Shown piece by piece: positions 8,231 to 13,404 of a stretch of 13,404 nt of DNA. A program made the translations under genes and the position numbers. The stretch comes from an uncultured Myxococcales bacterium (GTDB lineage: Bacteria > Myxococcota > UBA4151). The notes under the pieces were generated by a model that was given only the letters and a program-made list of their open reading frames with translations, was not told the DNA's origin and searched no databases. Each line of letters begins with the position of its first letter. The stretch's first letter is position 1. The stretch covers positions 1 through 13,404 of the forward strand of contig CAXGWI010000100.1 in the NCBI GenBank assembly GCA_964013405.1, in the 5' to 3' direction.

Positions 8231-8350
8231 AGCACCTCCGCCGGCAAGCATGGACCAGCGAAAGCGAATTGGGCAAGCGGGGGGTGAGGTCGCCGTTTTC
8301 AACGCACTCCAGCGACCAGTTCAACGCGTCCGGCTTGGATCCTTAGGTCA

Positions 8351-8388
8351 GCCCATGGACTTGAAGAAACCGCCAGATGGACAAGGGC
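8351..8388. repeat. Dispersed 38-bp element, copy B
   Basis: gcccatggacttgaagaaaccgccagatggacaagggc; 34/38 identical to 2729-2766. Confidence 0.85.
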
Positions 8389-8407
8389 CTAACGGCCCCG
8401 AGCCCTT

Positions 8408-8574
8408 AACCTACGCGGTGACAAAATCGACAGCGCCTCGTCTTCTAGCTGCAGCAAACTCATGGCCCACGTGCAGGGGGCCAAAATCTACAACCCTCCT
8501 CAAGCAGCGATAGCAACTTGGCCCTCAACAGTCCTCGATGCCACCCACGAAGTCGATCTCACCACGGAGCCCTA
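8408..8574 (+). pseudogene. 5'-truncated, frameshifted remnant of a paralog of the 5586-6011 repeat-protein gene
   Basis: Translates NLRGDKIDSASSSSCSKLMAHVQGAKIYN, then after a 1-nt deletion near 8495 SSSSDSNLALNSPRCHPR...GAL. This matches NLRGDKVYRGSSSSYSKLMAN...VRGTKIYEGASSSYSKLLLNGPRCSPR...GAL. No signal peptide or first repeats. Confidence 0.85.
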
Positions 8575-8589
8575 CGCCGGCATCGGGGA

Positions 8590-9117
8590 TCAATTGATGA
8601 CAACCTGGGTGGGATCGCTCACCAGAATCGAGAGACCACGGCCACAGCTTCCGTTCATCGGAAGGTCCTGGCCCTGAATCTTACCGGTGACCGTCAAACG
8701 ACGAGTACTGTGGGTCTGCTCGTCGTTTTCTCGGGTGGCGTGAATGGCAAGAAAGAGGTCGGTCACCGCCTGGCTCATCACTTCGCTTTCGGTTTCGGGC
8801 CGTACCACCACAGTCACGGTGGAGCGGGAGCACTCATAACCCGAGACGTCCGAACTCGAGAGAAAGATCACCCCACTCGGCTGTAAGTCGGGTCGGTCCG
8901 GATTGGTGGTGTTGATGAACTCAGCGAAGCCGACCATCACCACCTCCTCATCCTGACAGGCTGAACTGCCACATTCGGGATCACCGCAATGGGCCCGCAG
9001 ACGATCCGGCGTGAGTTGGCCCGGTTCAGCGCTTAACGCTTCAGTTTCACACGGAGGAGGTCCGCAGGCGCCGAAGACGCTTGCCAAACAGACCACAACG
9101 AGAACTCGGTTTATCAT
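8590..9117 (-). CDS. Hypothetical lipoprotein (175 aa)
   Basis: ATG at 9117 with GGGAG RBS. MINRVLVVVCLASVFGAC lipoprotein-type signal. Six further Cys and a beta-rich mature domain. Confidence 0.75.
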   Translation of the reverse strand: MINRVLVVVCLASVFGACGPPPCETEALSAEPGQLTPDRLRAHCGDPECGSSACQDEEVVMVGFAEFINTTNPDRPDLQPSGVIFLSSSDVSGYECSRSTVTVVVRPETESEVMSQAVTDLFLAIHATRENDEQTHSTRRLTVTGKIQGQDLPMNGSCGRGLSILVSDPTQVVIN

Positions 9118-9272
9118 TGGCACTCCCTACTTTGGCTCCTTAACCGTTACTCGGGACAACGTCGTTCCGCAACGCACTGACCAGATCCGTCATCACAGGC
9201 GGCACTGTGCCGGCGCCGTTGACCCCTTATGCCTGAGCGCCCATAGTCGGGGCCCCACCCCATGGAGACTGC

Positions 9273-11327
9273 ATGGCTGCCCTCGCGCTGCTCGGACTGC
9301 CACTGCTGCTCGCCGGGCCCACCACCGCCCAAAGGCCAGCGACCGTGACCGTGCAGTCCTCGGAGGGCGAACTGAGCTTAGGTGCTCAACTGGAGTTAGC
9401 CGAGGATCCCAGCCACCAATGGACCATTGAAACCCTCGCGGCGGCATCCTCGGAAGCGGACTTCGCCCGCCACGGGAACTCAGCACCTTACCTTGGGTTT
9501 AGCCGGTCCACCTGGTGGCTGCGGGTGACGCTGCACAATCCCTCGGACAAGCCCGTGAGGCGCCTGGTGGAGTTTGGCTTTCCCTTACTCGATGATGTGA
9601 CCCTCTATGCCCAGCGCCGTCATGGCCTTGAGCGGCTGGGTCAATCCGGCTTCAAAGTCCCCTTCGCCACCCGACCCATCGCCCATCGCAACAGTATCTT
9701 CCCCCTTAAACTTGCCGCCGACGAGCAAGTCGTCCTCTACGGACGAGTACGCTCGCAAACACAGATCAGTTTACCGCTGACCCTCTGGTCTGAAGGCGCC
9801 CTGCGGGACCGAGACCAGCGGGAGTTACCGCTCTTTGGTCTCTTCTTTGGCGTCCTGCTCGTCATGTGCGTCTACAACCTCATCCTCTTCCTGTCCCTGC
9901 GGGACATGAGCTACCTGTTCTATGTGGGCTACGTCTTCTTCATGGCCTGGTGGATCGCCTCCCTGCTCGGGTTAAGCTACCAACATCTTTGGCCCGGTTC
10001 CCCAGCCTACAATCACGTCACCCTGATCGGTTTCAGTTTTTCTTCCGCAACTTTCGCGCTCGTTTTTGCCCGTCGTTTTCTTGCCACGGCTCAACACGCA
10101 CCGCGCCTCGACAAGGTCATCATCGCGCTCGCGACCGTCTTCGTCGCCAACATGATCCTGATCAGCCTAGGCTGGGTCGACCTGCTGACCTCCAACCGTC
10201 TCGCATCCCCCCTTGCCCTGGTGTGGATCATCTTGCTGTTGTCGGCCGGTGTGATCGCCGCCCGTCGCGGCGATACAGCAGCCCGGTTTTTCCTGCCCTC
10301 TTTCGGCGTTTACGCCATCGGTGTGGTCGTCTGGTCCGCCTACCGACAAGGCGCCATCACCCCCTATCATCACGGCATCTACTTCTTTCAATTCACCCTC
10401 GCCATGGGCGCTATCTTCTTGGCTCTTGGTCTGGCCGACAAAATCAACCTGCTGAACCGCCAGATGGCCCGATTTGTCCCCCACGAGTTTCTCGATTTCC
10501 TCGGGCATGGTTCCATCCTGGACGTACGCTTGGGCGACCAAGTGCAAAGGGAGATGACGGTTCTCTTCTCGGATATCCGCAGCTTCACCACCCTTTCCGA
10601 AGGCATGAGCCCCAAAGAGAATTTTGACTTCATCAATCGATACCTCCAGCAAGTCGGACCCGAGATCCGTCTGCACCGGGGATTTATCGATAAGTACATC
10701 GGCGACGCGGTGATGGCGCTCTTTCCAGAATCGGCCGAAGACGGTGTCCGGGCCGCCATCGCCATGCATGAGGCCGTGCGGCAGATGAACGTCGCTGAAG
10801 ATCCCGGGACGGCTGCCCTCCCCCCCCTTCAAATCGGTGTGGGCGTGCATACCGGCACCTTGATGCTTGGAACCATCGGCGAACACGACCGGATGGAAGA
10901 AACGGTCATCTCCGATGCGGTCAACTTGGCGGCCCGGATGGAAGGCCTCACCAAGCGCTTCGGCGCAGCCATCGTGGTCAGTGATCAGACCCTCGCAGAG
11001 ATCCGCAACCGAGACGGCATCGACACGCGCTTTCTGGGACGGGTCCAGGTGAAAGGCAAACATCAGGCCGTGGGCATGCACGAGATCCTCCAAGGGGATC
11101 AGCCTGAATCCATGGCCCTCAAACTCGAGACGCTCGCTGACTTTTCCGCCGGCGTTGAGCATTATGTGGCCGGGCGTTTACAGCCGGCTTACGATGCCTT
11201 TGAAGTGGTTCTCGAACGCAACCCAAACGACGTGGTTGCCGAACGCTACAAGACGCTCACCTTGCACTACTTGGAGCGGGGCATGGATGCCCAGTGGAGC
11301 GGTGTCATCGGGCTTGAGGAAAAGTAG
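9273..11327 (+). CDS. 7TM-DISM sensor class III adenylate/guanylate cyclase (DISMED2 extracellular domain + 7TM + cyclase + C-terminal helical/TPR-like tail)
   Basis: DISMED2 motifs (LGFSRSTWWLRV, FPLLDDVTLY, PFATRPIAHRN); seven TM helices beginning GLFFGVLLVMCVYNLILF; cyclase motifs TVLFSDIRSFTTLSE, IDKYIGDAVMALF, IGVGVHTG, TVISDAVNLAARME and VKGK. The Lys of DKYIGD and Thr of ETVISD point to ATP specificity. Confidence 0.93.
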   Translation: MAALALLGLPLLLAGPTTAQRPATVTVQSSEGELSLGAQLELAEDPSHQWTIETLAAASSEADFARHGNSAPYLGFSRSTWWLRVTLHNPSDKPVRRLVEFGFPLLDDVTLYAQRRHGLERLGQSGFKVPFATRPIAHRNSIFPLKLAADEQVVLYGRVRSQTQISLPLTLWSEGALRDRDQRELPLFGLFFGVLLVMCVYNLILFLSLRDMSYLFYVGYVFFMAWWIASLLGLSYQHLWPGSPAYNHVTLIGFSFSSATFALVFARRFLATAQHAPRLDKVIIALATVFVANMILISLGWVDLLTSNRLASPLALVWIILLLSAGVIAARRGDTAARFFLPSFGVYAIGVVVWSAYRQGAITPYHHGIYFFQFTLAMGAIFLALGLADKINLLNRQMARFVPHEFLDFLGHGSILDVRLGDQVQREMTVLFSDIRSFTTLSEGMSPKENFDFINRYLQQVGPEIRLHRGFIDKYIGDAVMALFPESAEDGVRAAIAMHEAVRQMNVAEDPGTAALPPLQIGVGVHTGTLMLGTIGEHDRMEETVISDAVNLAARMEGLTKRFGAAIVVSDQTLAEIRNRDGIDTRFLGRVQVKGKHQAVGMHEILQGDQPESMALKLETLADFSAGVEHYVAGRLQPAYDAFEVVLERNPNDVVAERYKTLTLHYLERGMDAQWSGVIGLEEK

Positions 11328-11588
11328 TCCCATCGATCGCCGGGAAGACGACGGCGTTCGTCGACTGAGATTTAGCCCTCAACGAAACGGCCCCAGACTG
11401 GGATCTCACCCCTCGCCCCTGCAGTCTGGAAGAGACTGAGGGATCAGCCTGTCAGCTCTGCAAATCTCCATTACCACCCTCGACCCATGCGCCTGGTGAC
11501 GAGGGCTCCGCTTCTCGAACACCACGGCCAAACCCATCTCGGGATTGTGTGGCAAAGGAGCCGTTGCTCGGGCAGAACACCTCGGCAC

Positions 11589-11594
11589 AAGGAG
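11589..11594 (+). promoter_or_regulatory. Shine-Dalgarno sequence of the 11602 gene
   Basis: AAGGAG 7 nt upstream of ATG 11602. Confidence 0.7.
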
Positions 11595-11601
11595 TTAAGT
11601 G

Positions 11602-13404
11602 ATGAGTCGTAGCACAAGCCTCGCCTTTCTACTGCTGACTGCTGGGGCTTGCGTCGAGACCTTACCGGCGCCGGTCCCGACCGCTGCACGCTGCGGGGAT
11701 GGCGTCGTGAGCCAAGCCCTTGGTGAGGGCTGCGATGATGGCAATCGAGACGATGAAGACGCGTGTCTAAACACCTGCCAGGTGGCCCGCTGTGGTGACG
11801 GTGTCCTCCGAACCGACGGCGCTGCGGACGAGGCCGCCCGTGAGGACTGCGACGATGGCAACAACAACGACCGTGATGCCTGTACGAACGGCTGTAATCT
11901 CGCCCGTTGTGGTGATGGGATCCTCAGAACGGACCGAGCGGCTGGCGAGGCAGAGCACGAAGCCTGCGACGATGGTAACGACAACAATAGCGACGAATGC
12001 ACGATCCACTGCAAAGCCCCACGGTGCGGGGACGGCTGGCGACAAGGTGAAGAGCCCTGTGATGACGGCAATGACACCCATCATGACCAATGCTCCAATG
12101 ACTGTCAGATCGCCCGCTGTGGTGACGGGATTCTCCAGGCCTGGGAAGCCTGCGACGAGGGCGAGAGCAACAGTGATGAAGAGGCTGATGCCTGCCGAAG
12201 TGATTGCAGCGTGGCTACTTGTGGAGACGGTGTAGAGGACACGGGGGAGGACTGCGACGATGGCAATGAGGTCAACGATGATGCCTGCATCGCTTGCCAG
12301 CTCGCCCAATGTGGAGATGGATATCTACGACAAGGGCTGCTCGATTCCATGCCCGGTTATGAATACTGTGATGATGGCAACGACTCCGACGAAGATGCTT
12401 GTACATCGGATTGCCAGTTCGCCCGTTGCGGCGATGGCTTCCATCGCCAGGACATCGCCGAGGGGGAACCGGGTTACGAAGCTTGTGATGACGGCAATCA
12501 AGATGCCCAAGATGGCTGCAGCATCCAGTGCCGAGTAGATGACCACTATGACCTACCCGGTCAATTTATCGGCGATGGCCCCCAGCGCCGGTGGCAGCCA
12601 GACGCCCTGCCTGTGGACGCTTTCGTTCAAGCCAGCCGATTAACCATGGATCAACCCACCGCGGGCCGTTTCAACTTCGACGCCGATGTTGACACCTTTG
12701 TCCTGCGCGCCCCAACGCCGGGGCTGTATGTGATCGAGTCTTCCGGATTGACCGACAATGCGGACCCAAATTGCTACGTCTTTAGCGCAGGCGGCGACCA
12801 ATTGGGCTACGCAGACGACATCGTTTGGGGGCGAAATCTCAACTGTCGTGTCGAGATCTCCTTGAGCGATTCAGAAGAGATCTTGATCGTCGTCCATCAT
12901 TACGCGGCGGCCGGTCGAGGCGGCTATCAGCTTCGCGTTCAAGCCCCCTGCGGCAACGGCCAATTGGATGAACAAGAAGAATGCGATCCCACCTCGGTCT
13001 TCAGCGATGAGTTCACCTGTCGGCGAGACTGTCGCTGGCGTCAATCCCTAGGGCTGAGCGTCCACAACTCCTGCGTCATGGAAGATGGTGAGGCTTATTG
13101 TTGGGGCGCGTACTATCTGCGGGGTACCGGTCGGGCGCCGGCTGATGCGATTCGTTACAGAGCGTCAGGCCCTGCGAATGGGGCTCCGGATCGCTGCGTC
13201 CCAAGCCCAAACCGTGTCCCTGGGCTCGATGTACGATTAAGAGGAATCACGGTCGGCATGGATGGCAACTGCGCCGCCGACGAGGAGGGGGATCTCTATT
13301 GCTGGGGCGGTAATCCGAGCTTCCGTGGCTACCAAGACCTCGAACAAATCGTAGGGGCATGCCACCCCTTTTACGGCAACGATTGCGTGGATCAGGCCCG
13401 TCCA
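11602..13404 (+). CDS. Second Cys-rich repeat / PPC-like / RCC1 surface lipoprotein, paralog of 2804-5431 (runs off the right edge; not in ORF track)
   Basis: Manual translation is open for 601 codons to the edge: MSRSTSLAFLLLTAGAC (Cys17), eight CGDG-CDDGN repeats, DGCSIQCRVDDH, PPC-like domain (DADVDTFVL...PGLYVIES...GGYQLRV), CGNG repeat, then RCC1-like AYCWG and GDLYCWGGN. Confidence 0.92.
   Translation, partial: MSRSTSLAFLLLTAGACVETLPAPVPTAARCGDGVVSQALGEGCDDGNRDDEDACLNTCQVARCGDGVLRTDGAADEAAREDCDDGNNNDRDACTNGCNLARCGDGILRTDRAAGEAEHEACDDGNDNNSDECTIHCKAPRCGDGWRQGEEPCDDGNDTHHDQCSNDCQIARCGDGILQAWEACDEGESNSDEEADACRSDCSVATCGDGVEDTGEDCDDGNEVNDDACIACQLAQCGDGYLRQGLLDSMPGYEYCDDGNDSDEDACTSDCQFARCGDGFHRQDIAEGEPGYEACDDGNQDAQDGCSIQCRVDDHYDLPGQFIGDGPQRRWQPDALPVDAFVQASRLTMDQPTAGRFNFDADVDTFVLRAPTPGLYVIESSGLTDNADPNCYVFSAGGDQLGYADDIVWGRNLNCRVEISLSDSEEILIVVHHYAAAGRGGYQLRVQAPCGNGQLDEQEECDPTSVFSDEFTCRRDCRWRQSLGLSVHNSCVMEDGEAYCWGAYYLRGTGRAPADAIRYRASGPANGAPDRCVPSPNRVPGLDVRLRGITVGMDGNCAADEEGDLYCWGGNPSFRGYQDLEQIVGACHPFYGNDCVDQARP
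11692..12531 (+). repeat. Eight tandem coding Cys/Asp-rich CGDG-CDDGN repeats
   Basis: Counted in the manual translation; recurring tgcgacgatggcaa / cgctgtggtgacgg DNA. Confidence 0.9.

Noticed and set aside
8387..8410. Integron attC site (GCCTAAC matches RYYYAAC)
   Set aside because: No matching GTTRRRY or long imperfect palindrome downstream, genes are in mixed orientations, and there is no integrase.
8408..8574. DGR template repeat for the 5586-6011 gene
   Set aside because: Differences are not confined to adenines, include indels and many synonymous changes, and no reverse transcriptase is in the window.
9182..9197. CRP site upstream of the cyclase gene
   Set aside because: Only the TCACA half-site is present; the TGTGA half does not match.
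9866..11162. Long alternative ORFs 9866-10627 (+) and 10167-11162 (-), and 7517-8287 (+)
   Set aside because: They overlap well-supported genes, show no recognisable motifs, and are expected in GC-rich DNA.
11521..11563. c-di-GMP-I (GEMM) riboswitch-like words ggccaaaccc...ggcaaag
   Set aside because: Lacks the GNRA-capped P2 stem, the GACGCAAA context and a recognisable P3; resemblance is superficial.
11550..11568. Sigma-54 promoter (tggcaa...ttgct)
   Set aside because: GG-to-GC spacing is 3 nt longer than the obligatory GG-N10-GC.

Overview
GC-rich bacterial accessory region, very likely Myxococcota-like (MYXO-CTERM sorting signal, myxobacterial CGDG/CDDGN cysteine-rich repeats), made almost entirely of secreted, lipoprotein and membrane protein genes. 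It encodes two zinc-ribbon proteins (one cut by the left edge and absent from the ORF track), an atypical trypsin-like protease with a MYXO-CTERM, two divergently oriented paralogous Cys-repeat/PPC-like/RCC1 lipoproteins (the second cut by the right edge and absent from the ORF track), a small secreted 20-aa-repeat protein, an ICMT/PEMT-family methyltransferase, a secreted protein with a CsgG/TolB-N-like domain, an orphan lipoprotein and a 7TM-DISM class III adenylate cyclase. The main unexplained structure is a collinear repeated module: zinc-ribbon gene (-), unrelated secreted cargo gene (-), conserved 38-bp element, then the 20-aa-repeat gene (+). It occurs at 1-6011 and again at 6635-8574, where the repeat gene is a frameshifted remnant. 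I saw no rRNA, tRNA, CRISPR array, transposase, integrase or reverse transcriptase. Family assignments come from motif recognition only; no searches were run.
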